From positions 20,656 through 84,655 of the forward strand of contig CAZNKG010000009.1 of assembly GCA_964573635.1 (NCBI GenBank): a DNA stretch of 64,000 bases. Reading direction: 5' to 3'. The stretch's first letter is position 1, and each line of letters opens with the position of its first letter. Below are positions 33,201 to 40,410 of this stretch, piece by piece. Both the position numbers and the translations under genes were made by a program. The DNA is from an uncultured Desulfatibacillum sp. Its GTDB lineage: Bacteria > Desulfobacterota > Desulfobacteria > Desulfobacterales > SpSt-501. The notes under the pieces are model-generated. The model was not told the DNA's origin. It did not search any database and saw nothing but the letters and a program-made list of their open reading frames with translations.

Positions 33201-34240
33201 TGTTTTCCGAAATCGAAAGGCGCCTGGGAAAACGGATTCCGTTGTCCGTGCTTCTTCAGGCGCCGACGGTGGCCCGCTTGGCGGAGGTCATCAGCGACTC
33301 CGGCGGCGCGGCCCGCTGGCCGTCATTGGTCCCCATGCAGGTCCAAGGCTCCAACCCGCCCTTTTTCTGCGCCCATGGCGCGGGTGGAAACATCCTGATC
33401 TACCGGGACTTGGCCCGGCATCTGGGCCCGGATCAGCCGTTCTACGGGCTGCAGTCCCGGGGCCTCGACGGCCTGCAGCCGTTCCATGTTCGGATCGAGG
33501 ACATGGCGGCTCACTACATCGAAGAAATCCGGCAGGTCCAGCCCTGCGGCCCATATTACCTGGGCGGGTACTGTATGGGAGGCACGATCGCCCTGGAGAT
33601 GGCCCAGCAGCTGCATGCTCAAGGTGAAACCGTGGCGCTGCTGGCGTTTTTCGAGACCTATAACTGGGGTGAGATCGAGCCGCCCAACTGGGCCGGGAAA
33701 TTCTTCTTTTACTGGCAGAAAATCGATTTTCACCTGCGCAATCTCCTGCTCGCCGAGAACCCCACCGACTTCTTCAGGGAGAAGCTGAGAGTCGCCGGCG
33801 AGCGCAGCTCTTTATGGCGGGAGACGCTGACCAGCCTTCTGCGCAACGGCCGTTCCGCGGGGGTGGAGGCGGAAAGAGGGCTGCACCGGCTCTGGGAAAT
33901 CAACGACCGCGCAGCCATGGGGTACGTTCATCGCTACTATCCCGGCCGCATCACTCATTTCAGCCCCCGCAGGCCTTACGCCTTGTTCAATCATCCGCCG
34001 GTCCGCTGGCATCGCCTCGCGGCCGGCATCGATGAGCGCCGGCTGCCCGTCTACCCGGCCGGCATGTTGGTCGAGCCTTTTGTAAAGCGGCTGGCCGCCG
34101 AACTGCGGTCCTGCATCGAAGAGCAAGCGCGGCGCTTCGAATCGAGCCCATCAAGCTTGTTGGCGCCTGCGGCCGGTCGGCAGCGGCGGGCGCCGGGCAC
34201 CGAGAGCGGCGGTTCCGATGCAGCGCGGACCCCCGCCTAA
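30269..34240 (+). CDS. Type I polyketide synthase terminal module: KS - AT (malonyl-type) - carrier - thioesterase-like
   Basis: See the domain features below. The start overlaps the NRPS stop by 8 nt. Confidence 0.92.
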   Translation: MTEAPTEFAEEALEPIAVIGIACRFPGAADREQFWRNLCGGVESIRHFSEEELRGRGLPEEWMRHPRFVKAGTILEDVDRFDAKFFGFSPREALITDPQHRLFLETSWEALEDAGYVPGAIPDPVGVFAGVNQNHYRPLVEPLASPHDTAEELELLFGNEKDFLATRVSYKLNLTGPSLSVQTACSTSLVGVGLACQSLWSYQCSMALAGGVTVNLRHVNGYFFQEGAILSPDGHCRAFDARAAGTVIGQGVGVVVIKRLADALRDGDHIYAVIRSCAINNDGAAKVGFTAPSVEGQSEVITMAHALAGISAESIGYIEAHGTGTRLGDPIEVAALTRAFRATTSRKGFCAIGSVKTNIGHADAAAGIAGLIKTALMLERRTLVPSLNYTAPNPEIDFESSPFYVSRCRCPWKADGHPLRAGVSAFGIGGTNCHVVLEEPPQVDPSGPSRPEQLIRLSARSPEALKRAAGRLASALRAQPEMHLADVAFTLHLGRHDFNCRGMLVCRDAAAACEILERYDDPRWVWRVQTRRDPPLAFMFSGQGSQHAGMGRQLYQTEPAFRQALDRCAEVLGPHLPWDLREALFPPPAEAATSRRDLRSTDLAQPALFAVEYALAQLWMSWGIQPEAMIGHSIGEYVAACLAGVFSLEDALALVADRGRLMRGLPEGSMAAVPLAEDDLRRLAGGRLDIAAVNAPELCVVSGESAVVAEFVRELEANGRSCRRLHLSHAFHSRMMDPIIDRFIERVSRVPRHQARIPFLSNLTGTWITPQQAVSEEYWGRHLRQTVRFADGVRVLLDQSERILLEVGPGSALCTLARQQAGAGGRVILPSLPHPQAGVSDEEAVQRCLGRLWLEGVQPDWRRYYAGEHRRRVSLPTYPFERERFWPSSPAADTEGRAAPVPGAWGGAPGVVAEAPPPDFEKSGFVRRDDPGGGASRPRNSLEQELRSIWQAVLGCDQVGLHDDYFELGGTSLRAARLFSEIERRLGKRIPLSVLLQAPTVARLAEVISDSGGAARWPSLVPMQVQGSNPPFFCAHGAGGNILIYRDLARHLGPDQPFYGLQSRGLDGLQPFHVRIEDMAAHYIEEIRQVQPCGPYYLGGYCMGGTIALEMAQQLHAQGETVALLAFFETYNWGEIEPPNWAGKFFFYWQKIDFHLRNLLLAENPTDFFREKLRVAGERSSLWRETLTSLLRNGRSAGVEAERGLHRLWEINDRAAMGYVHRYYPGRITHFSPRRPYALFNHPPVRWHRLAAGIDERRLPVYPAGMLVEPFVKRLAAELRSCIEEQARRFESSPSSLLAPAAGRQRRAPGTESGGSDAARTPA
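30305..31588 (+). other. KS domain (module 4)
   Basis: EPIAVIGIACRFPG; VQTACSTSL; IEAHGTGTRLGDPIE; VKTNIGHADAAAG. Confidence 0.9.
31871..32704 (+). other. Intact acyltransferase domain, HAFH (malonyl-CoA-type) motif
   Basis: LAFMFSGQGSQHAGMG; GHSIGEYVAA (Ser codon 32165-32167); AAVNAPELCVVSG; LSHAFHSRMM; LLEVGPG. Confidence 0.9.
33080..33292 (+). other. Carrier (T) domain, PCP-like
   Basis: DDYFELGGTSLRAARLFSEIE. Confidence 0.8.
33317..34123 (+). other. Thioesterase-fold domain with Cys at the nucleophile position
   Basis: PFFCAHGAGGNILIYRDLARHLGPDQPFYGLQ; YYLGGYCMGGTIALEMAQQL (TGT codon 33572-33574 where GxSxG Ser is expected). No recognisable GDH motif near the C-terminus (VYPAGMLVEP). 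Confidence 0.75.
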
Positions 34241-34257
34241 AGGGAGATGACCGGCTC

Positions 34258-35241
34258 GTGTCCCTGTCGAAAGCACTCACCGGCCTGTACTATCTCGTGA
34301 AGCCGGCCATACCCCGCAGTTTGCAGCTGCGGATGCGCCGAGCCATGATTGCGAGAAAGCGGCCGCGAGTGGCCAACCGCTGGCCGATTCTTGAAGCGGC
34401 GGGTGAAAAGCCCGACGGATGGCCCGGGTGGCCGCAGGGCAGGCAGTTTGCTTTCGTCCTGACCCACGATGTGGACACGGCGCGCGGGCAGAATCGGTGC
34501 CGTCGCTTGATGGAGATGGAGATGGCGCTGGGACTGCGGTCGTCATTTAACTTCGTTCCCGAGCGCTACCCCGTAGACCGCGAACTGCTTCGTCTGCTTC
34601 AGCGCAACGGTTTCGAGGTGGGCGTCCACGGCTTGAACCACGACGGGCGGCTTTTTTCGTCGCGCCGGCTTTTCCGGGAACGGGCGCGCCGGATCAATCA
34701 TTACCTCAGCGCTTGGCAGGCCGAGGGATTTCGGGCTCCGGCGATGCACCGGGAGCTCAATTGGCTCCATGATCTGATGATCGCGTACGACAGCTCGACA
34801 TTCGACACGGATCCATTTGAGCCGCAACCCGAAGGCGTGGGCACCATCTTCCCCTTTTGGGTGCCCGGACCGGAAAATCGCGGGGGCTATGTCGAGCTGC
34901 CGTATACCCTGCCGCAGGATTTTACCCTGTTTGTGCTGATGGCGGAACGCACGCTGGAGATTTGGGCCCGGAAGCTTTCGTGGATTGCGGCGTGCGGGGG
35001 TATGGCGCTCATGAATACCCACCCGGATTACATGAACTTCGAGTCCCGCCCCTGCGCGCCGGAGGAATACCCCGCAGCTTATTACCGGCAGTGGCTGGAA
35101 CATGTTCGGGAAAAATACCACGGACGGTATTTCAGCGTTTTGCCCAGGGAGTTGGCGCGGTATTGGAAAGCCCACTGCCGGCGGCCCTCCCGTTCGTTTC
35201 CAGTGACGGAGAAAGCCGAGATTGCGGAAGCTCGACCATGA
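34258..35241 (+). CDS. Polysaccharide deacetylase-like (CE4-like) protein
   Basis: FVLTHDVDT (Asp-Asp-type motif) and GVHGLNHD (HxxxH). Confidence 0.7.
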   Translation: MSLSKALTGLYYLVKPAIPRSLQLRMRRAMIARKRPRVANRWPILEAAGEKPDGWPGWPQGRQFAFVLTHDVDTARGQNRCRRLMEMEMALGLRSSFNFVPERYPVDRELLRLLQRNGFEVGVHGLNHDGRLFSSRRLFRERARRINHYLSAWQAEGFRAPAMHRELNWLHDLMIAYDSSTFDTDPFEPQPEGVGTIFPFWVPGPENRGGYVELPYTLPQDFTLFVLMAERTLEIWARKLSWIAACGGMALMNTHPDYMNFESRPCAPEEYPAAYYRQWLEHVREKYHGRYFSVLPRELARYWKAHCRRPSRSFPVTEKAEIAEARP

Positions 35242-36520
35242 GAGAATCGGGCGGCGGCGTTTCCTAAACCTGACCGGCGCCGCCGGTGCTGCGGCGGCTT
35301 TGGCGATGGGAGTGGATTGCACAACGGCCAAAGAGCTGTTCAACCGCCTTCGGAGCCGCTTCAGCCGGCCGGAGGCCGCGCCGCCGGAACACCTGCGAAC
35401 CCTCGCGCGGCTGCCGCCCGAGGGCCCGTCGGTTCCGTTGGAGACCGCCCTGAACTCGCGCTGCACCAGCGATGACGACGGTCGTTGCGAGCTCTTTCAC
35501 TGGGGTCTCTTTGACACCCAGTCGCGGCTCAGTCCCGAGCAGATCGCGCAGGTGGTGGGGCTCGTCAGAGTTCCGCGGTTCACCGACCGGCCGGTCGGCC
35601 TGACCGCCCAAGGCAATATCCTCACGTTCACGGTGGAACGCGGGGCCGATGAAACGCTCATGACCTGGCTGATGATCGAGAGCGGGATGCAGCAGCAGGC
35701 CTTGTGCCTGATCTGCGCGGCGCTCGGCGTGGGAATGGTTTTTGAGAATCTGGGTCCGAAGGGAAGGCCATTGTCCGAAAGGGAGCATGGCTGCGTTCGG
35801 GTGCGGCTGGATCCGATGAGGCCCTCCTATGCGGGGGCTTTCTGGACGGTGACGCCGCCGGCTGGCAGCCGGCCTTGGCGCCGTGGCAGCCTCCCCGATC
35901 CAGATCGCCAAGGGTCCCGGGCGCTGCTGGCCCTGCTAACCCAGGGACGAACCGCGAACCGCCAGGGGGTGGACCTCACGGAACAGAGCCTCAGTCAGGT
36001 GCTTTGGGCCGCCCGCGGCCGAACCCCGCACTTGTACAAATCGAGGCACTGGGGGATGACCATCCCGACCTGGGGGGGGGAGCAGCACATCTCGTGCATT
36101 TACACCGTCTCCTCGGAGGCGGTTTGCCGGTACGTCAATTGGCGGGACGACCATCCCACCCACGCGCTGGAACCGATCCGGCTCCAAGGCGGCCAGATAC
36201 TGCGCCGGCTGAAACCCTACGGGGCGGAAGGCGATGAGGTGCTGGTCATCGCCGGCAATGAGGATTCGCCACGGGCCCTTTGGGAAATCGGCTACCAATT
36301 GCTCAATATGCTGCTTCAGTCCCACAGCTTGGACCTCCACTACCAGGCCGTTCTGTTCGGCCATGAGCCGCGCGCGATACTTCAGGAAGCCGGCGTGACC
36401 GGAGCGCAGGCGGCCATCGCCTTCCGCCGGAGCGCAATGCGGCCGGCAGCAGACTGTGGGAAAGCAAGTGTCAGGCCGTCAGCCAAGGCGCGCGGCGGTT
36501 CGGAACCTGGCGCAATATAA
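35222..36520 (+). CDS. Tat-signal protein with tandem nitroreductase-like (SagB/ThcOx-like) folds
   Basis: Twin-arginine signal IGRRRFLNLTGAAGAAAALAMG. LETALNSRCTS ... ESGMQQQALCLICAALGVG in the first half. LSQVLWAARGRTPH ... ALWEIGYQLLNMLLQSHSLDL in the second half. TTG start (no in-frame ATG nearby). Confidence 0.55.
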   Translation: MRKLDHERIGRRRFLNLTGAAGAAAALAMGVDCTTAKELFNRLRSRFSRPEAAPPEHLRTLARLPPEGPSVPLETALNSRCTSDDDGRCELFHWGLFDTQSRLSPEQIAQVVGLVRVPRFTDRPVGLTAQGNILTFTVERGADETLMTWLMIESGMQQQALCLICAALGVGMVFENLGPKGRPLSEREHGCVRVRLDPMRPSYAGAFWTVTPPAGSRPWRRGSLPDPDRQGSRALLALLTQGRTANRQGVDLTEQSLSQVLWAARGRTPHLYKSRHWGMTIPTWGGEQHISCIYTVSSEAVCRYVNWRDDHPTHALEPIRLQGGQILRRLKPYGAEGDEVLVIAGNEDSPRALWEIGYQLLNMLLQSHSLDLHYQAVLFGHEPRAILQEAGVTGAQAAIAFRRSAMRPAADCGKASVRPSAKARGGSEPGAI

Positions 36521-36630
36521 GCTGGATGGGAGCCGACCGAAGAGCCGCGCCGTGCAGGCTTGCGTCCTGAGAGGCCGCAAGTCCACCGGCTGCTAAACCA
36601 TCACGGAGTCACCCGGGTCACCTCAATCGT

Positions 36631-37830
36631 ATGAAGCCGCTCCACATCGCCCACATCGCCCCTTATTATTATCCGAGCGTAGGGGGCGTGGAATACACGG
36701 TGCAGCACCTGGCTGAAAGCCTTTCCGCCCGCGGCCATCAGGTCGATGTGCTGACCACGCTGAGGTCGAACCAGCCGCACAAGCGTCCACTGATGCGCTC
36801 GATCGATCGCCTCAACGGCGCCAACGTCTACCGATACCCAAGCTGGATGTCCGTCGGTCATATGAGTTTCTTTCCGGGTATTTGGAGGCGGCTGGCGCGC
36901 GAGCACTATGAGATCGTGCATATGCACGCGCTGCGCCATCCCCATACCTTGATCGGCCTTTTGAGCGCCTTGAGGCATCGATCGGCGGCCGTCCTTCAAG
37001 GGCACTCGCATTTCATCGCCGGCCTGCCCGTGAAAAACCTGATCTACAAATGCTTCGACGCGCTTGTTTTCCCGACATGCTATCGAAAACTGGCCGCTGT
37101 GGTCGCCCTCACCCGTTCCGAAAAAGAAGGCTTCATCCAGCGCCGGATCCGCCCGTCACAGATAGAAGTGATCCCCAATGCGGTTCGAGAACCGTTTTTT
37201 CACCCGCAAGACCCGTCGTCCTTTCAGGAGAAGCATCGGCTGGACGGGAAAAAGGTATTGCTTTTTTTGGGGCGTATCGTGCCCGACAAGCGCGTCGACC
37301 TGATCATACGCGCGCTGCCCGATGTGGTGAACCAGGTGCCCTCGGCCGTCTTCGTGGCGGCCGGCCCCCAGCAGGAAAATTGCCGTCGCTACATTCGGTT
37401 GGCTTCGGATCTTGGGGTTGGCGATCGCGTGAGGTTCGTCGGCGAACTGGACGAGGACGAGAAGCGGCAGGCCCTCACCGCGGCGGATGTATTTGTTCTG
37501 GCTTCGGACTATGAAGCGTTCGGTTTGGGAATCGCCGAAGCGATGGCAGCGGGCAAGCCGGTAATCGCCACACGGACCCCGGGGCCGATGGAGATCGTGC
37601 GGAACGGGACTACCGGCTTGTTGGTGGACAGGAATTCTCCGGCTGCGATCGCCGAAAAGGCGATCCTGCTGTTACAACACATCGGCTTCGCCCGGGCGCT
37701 GGGGGAAGCAGGCCGGCGCCACGCGCTCGAGAAGTTCAGCCCGCAGAAGGTGATCCTGCAGGTTGAACACCTGTACTACCGCCTCGCCGCCCAGCGCGCC
37801 GCTCGCTTCGCCGGGCGTTTCAAAATATAG
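36631..37830 (+). CDS. Glycosyltransferase family 4 (GT-B)
   Basis: MKPLHIAHIAPYYYPSVGGVEYTVQHLAESLSARGHQVDVLT; VLASDYEAFGLGIAEAMAAGKPVI. Confidence 0.88.
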   Translation: MKPLHIAHIAPYYYPSVGGVEYTVQHLAESLSARGHQVDVLTTLRSNQPHKRPLMRSIDRLNGANVYRYPSWMSVGHMSFFPGIWRRLAREHYEIVHMHALRHPHTLIGLLSALRHRSAAVLQGHSHFIAGLPVKNLIYKCFDALVFPTCYRKLAAVVALTRSEKEGFIQRRIRPSQIEVIPNAVREPFFHPQDPSSFQEKHRLDGKKVLLFLGRIVPDKRVDLIIRALPDVVNQVPSAVFVAAGPQQENCRRYIRLASDLGVGDRVRFVGELDEDEKRQALTAADVFVLASDYEAFGLGIAEAMAAGKPVIATRTPGPMEIVRNGTTGLLVDRNSPAAIAEKAILLLQHIGFARALGEAGRRHALEKFSPQKVILQVEHLYYRLAAQRAARFAGRFKI

Positions 37831-38296
37831 GGCCTTTCGGATTGAGCGGCCAGTAGAACGGGCTCTGCGGCCGCTCGGTGTCCCCAGCCACCGGAGCAGC
37901 CGGCCGCTGCGGTGCGGATTCATCCGACGCCGCGCGATCGGCCGCTTCCGGCGCCGAGCGCCGGGACGTGGTGATGAACCTTCCCTTGAAATAGGATACG
38001 CGGGCCGATTTCCCTGCGGAGACTTTGACTTCCGTTTCATCACGGTCGATCCGCACCGAATAGACGCCTTCCTCCAACTGCAGGTCGATCAGCGGGGTCG
38101 AGCCAGCTTGCCGCCCGTCGATGCTCACGGCCATCTCCGGTGGTTCACTGAAAACAGAAAGCTGGCCGACGGTCATCGGTGGCCCGTCGAGGCTGCGGGT
38201 CGGTGAAATCAAATCGGCCCCGAAAGCCAGCTGCCAGCAAAAGACGATGCACACGGAAAGGAGAACACGGGAAAACCTCCGATCTGAGTTTTTCAT
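37820..38296 (-). CDS. Secreted PEGA-domain protein
   Basis: Signal peptide VLLSVCIVFCWQLAFG. MAVSIDGRQAGSTPLIDLQLEEGVYSVRI (PEGA-like). AAGGAGGGGA Shine-Dalgarno sequence. The 3' end overlaps the convergent GT4 by 11 nt. Confidence 0.7.
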   Translation of the reverse strand: MKNSDRRFSRVLLSVCIVFCWQLAFGADLISPTRSLDGPPMTVGQLSVFSEPPEMAVSIDGRQAGSTPLIDLQLEEGVYSVRIDRDETEVKVSAGKSARVSYFKGRFITTSRRSAPEAADRAASDESAPQRPAAPVAGDTERPQSPFYWPLNPKGPIF

Positions 38297-38332
38297 GTCC
38301 CCTCCTTATCGTTTCTGCTCCTTTATGATAAC

Positions 38333-38360
38333 TATATAGCCCATAGCCGTCCGCTTTCAA
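38333..38360 (-). promoter_or_regulatory. Candidate sigma70-type promoter for the PEGA gene
   Basis: On the minus strand: TTGAAA (38355-38360) - 16 nt - TATATA (38333-38338), in an AT-rich divergent spacer. Confidence 0.3.
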
Positions 38361-38367
38361 GGTTAAT

Positions 38368-40398
38368 TTGCATGCCAGACGCCCGCAAGGCGATGGCCGA
38401 GGGTTGGTGGCCGTGGTCGACCGGCAACATGCCAACGATGGTTCGCCTCCGGCGATATTGGCCCCGGCGGGATCCCGCCCGGCGTTTTTAGCCGCGCTCG
38501 CGGCCGGGGCGGAGGCGGTCTACTGCGGGCTGAAGGAGTACTCGGCGCGCATGGAGGCCGCGAACTTCACCGTGGAGGAGCTCGCCGCGCTGACCGCGCT
38601 CGCGCATGCGAAGGGGGCGCGGGTCTTCGTGGCGCTGAACACGCTGATCAAGCCCGGCGAGCTCGCCGCCGTCGGCCGACTGGTCGAGCGGCTGAACCGC
38701 GAGGTCGCCCCCGATGCGCTGATCGTGCAGGACCTCGCCATGGCCGGGATCATCCGCCAGGCGGGGTTTCCCGGGGAGGTGGTCTGGTCGACGCTCGCCA
38801 ACGCGACCCACCCGGCGGCGCTCGCCGCCATCCGGGGCGCGGTCCCGATCGACGCGCTCGTGCTGCCGCGCGAGCTCACGGTCGACGAGGTGCGCGCCAT
38901 GGCCGCGGCCTGCCCGCCGGGGATGGGGCTCGAGGTGTTCGTCCACGGGGCGCTCTGCTACGGGGTCTCCGGGCGCTGCTACTGGAGCAGCTTCCTCGGG
39001 GGCAGAAGCGGGCTGCGCGGCCGCTGCGTCCAGCCCTGCCGGCGGCTCTACGCCCAGGCGGGCGGCGCCGGACGGCGCCGGCTCTTTTCCTGCCTCGATC
39101 TGAGCCTCGATGTGCTCGTGAAGGTCCTGCGCGGGATCCCCCAGATCCGGGCCTGGAAGATCGAGGGGCGCAAGAAGGGCCCGCACTACGTCTACTACAT
39201 CGTCACCGGCTACCGCCTGCTCCGGGACCATTTCCACGACCCGCGGATGAAACGCGACGCGCTCGCCTTCATCGCCCAGGCGCTCGGCCGGCCCGGCACC
39301 CACTATTACTTCCTGCCCCAGCGGAAGCAGAACCCGGTCGATCCGGCGGCCGAGACCGCCTCGGGGCTCTTCGTCGGTCGGGTGGCGGGCGCGGCCGGCC
39401 GCACGGCGCTCGCCCCGCGGGTCGAGCTTCTCGCCGGGGACCTCCTGCGGGTCGGCGCCGAGGACGAGCCCGGCCACCGCCTCGAGCGGATCGGCCGAGG
39501 GGTCCCCCGCGGGGGGCGGTTCTCTCTGCCTGCCGGGGTGCCGAAGGGGACCCCGGTCTTTCTCATCGACCGCCGCGAAAAGGCGCTCGAAGCGCTCATC
39601 GCCGGGCTCGCCGCCGAGCTCCCCGCGGTGCGGGCCGCGGCCCGCGGCGCGGCGGCGTTCGCCGTGCGCCTGCCGAAGCCTTACCGGCCGCCGCTCCGAA
39701 AGCGGCCGGTCGAGATGCGGGTCGGCCGCACGGCCGCCGCGGGCCGCGGCGGGCCTGAAAAGGGGTTCTGGCTCGGGAAAGCGTCGCTTGCGGGCGTGGG
39801 GGCGGCTGCGGCCGCCTGGTGGTGGCTCGATCCGGTGATCTTCCCGGACGAAGAGGCCGAGGCCGCGGCGCTCATCGCCGCGGCCCGCGCCCGGGGGGCG
39901 CGGCGCTTCGTGCTGAACGCCCCCTGGCAGACCGCGCTTTTCCCGGGCGGCGGCGCGGGGTGCGAGCTGTGGGCGGGCCCTTTCTGCAACCTCGCCAACC
40001 CGCTGGCGCTCGAAGCCGCAAGGCGCATGGGGTTTACCGGGGCGATCGTCAGCCCCGAGCTGGGCGCGGCGGAATGCCTCGCGCTGCCGGCGCAGAGCCC
40101 GCTTCCCCTGGGGGTGGTCGTCTCCGGGAGCTGGCCGCTTTGCATCGCGCGGCCGGCGGCGGCGGAGCTGAAGCTCGGGCGCCCCTTCCGCAGCCCGAAG
40201 GGCGAGGAGGCCTGGGCCGTGCGCCACGGCGCGCTCGTCTGGGTCTATCCCAACTGGAACCTCGATCTCGGCGCCCACCGGGAGGAGCTGGCGCGCTCGG
40301 GCTACCGGCTTTGCGTGCACCTGGACGAGCCGCGTCCGGCCGCAGTCGCCCTGAAGGCGCGCCCCGGCGTGTGGAACTGGGAGATCGGGCTGCGGTGA
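38368..40398 (+). CDS. Peptidase U32-family protein (Fe-S type; RlhA/UbiU/TrhP-like family), with a second U32-like half
   Basis: ILAPAGSRPAFLAALAAGAEAVYCGL. VFVHGALCYGVSGRCYWSSFLGGRSGLRGRCVQPC (C-x6-C-x15-C-x3-C). The start is uncertain (TTG 38368 or GTG 38407). Confidence 0.8.
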   Translation: MHARRPQGDGRGLVAVVDRQHANDGSPPAILAPAGSRPAFLAALAAGAEAVYCGLKEYSARMEAANFTVEELAALTALAHAKGARVFVALNTLIKPGELAAVGRLVERLNREVAPDALIVQDLAMAGIIRQAGFPGEVVWSTLANATHPAALAAIRGAVPIDALVLPRELTVDEVRAMAAACPPGMGLEVFVHGALCYGVSGRCYWSSFLGGRSGLRGRCVQPCRRLYAQAGGAGRRRLFSCLDLSLDVLVKVLRGIPQIRAWKIEGRKKGPHYVYYIVTGYRLLRDHFHDPRMKRDALAFIAQALGRPGTHYYFLPQRKQNPVDPAAETASGLFVGRVAGAAGRTALAPRVELLAGDLLRVGAEDEPGHRLERIGRGVPRGGRFSLPAGVPKGTPVFLIDRREKALEALIAGLAAELPAVRAAARGAAAFAVRLPKPYRPPLRKRPVEMRVGRTAAAGRGGPEKGFWLGKASLAGVGAAAAAWWWLDPVIFPDEEAEAAALIAAARARGARRFVLNAPWQTALFPGGGAGCELWAGPFCNLANPLALEAARRMGFTGAIVSPELGAAECLALPAQSPLPLGVVVSGSWPLCIARPAAAELKLGRPFRSPKGEEAWAVRHGALVWVYPNWNLDLGAHREELARSGYRLCVHLDEPRPAAVALKARPGVWNWEIGLR

Positions 40399-40410
40399 GG
40401 CGGCGGCGGA

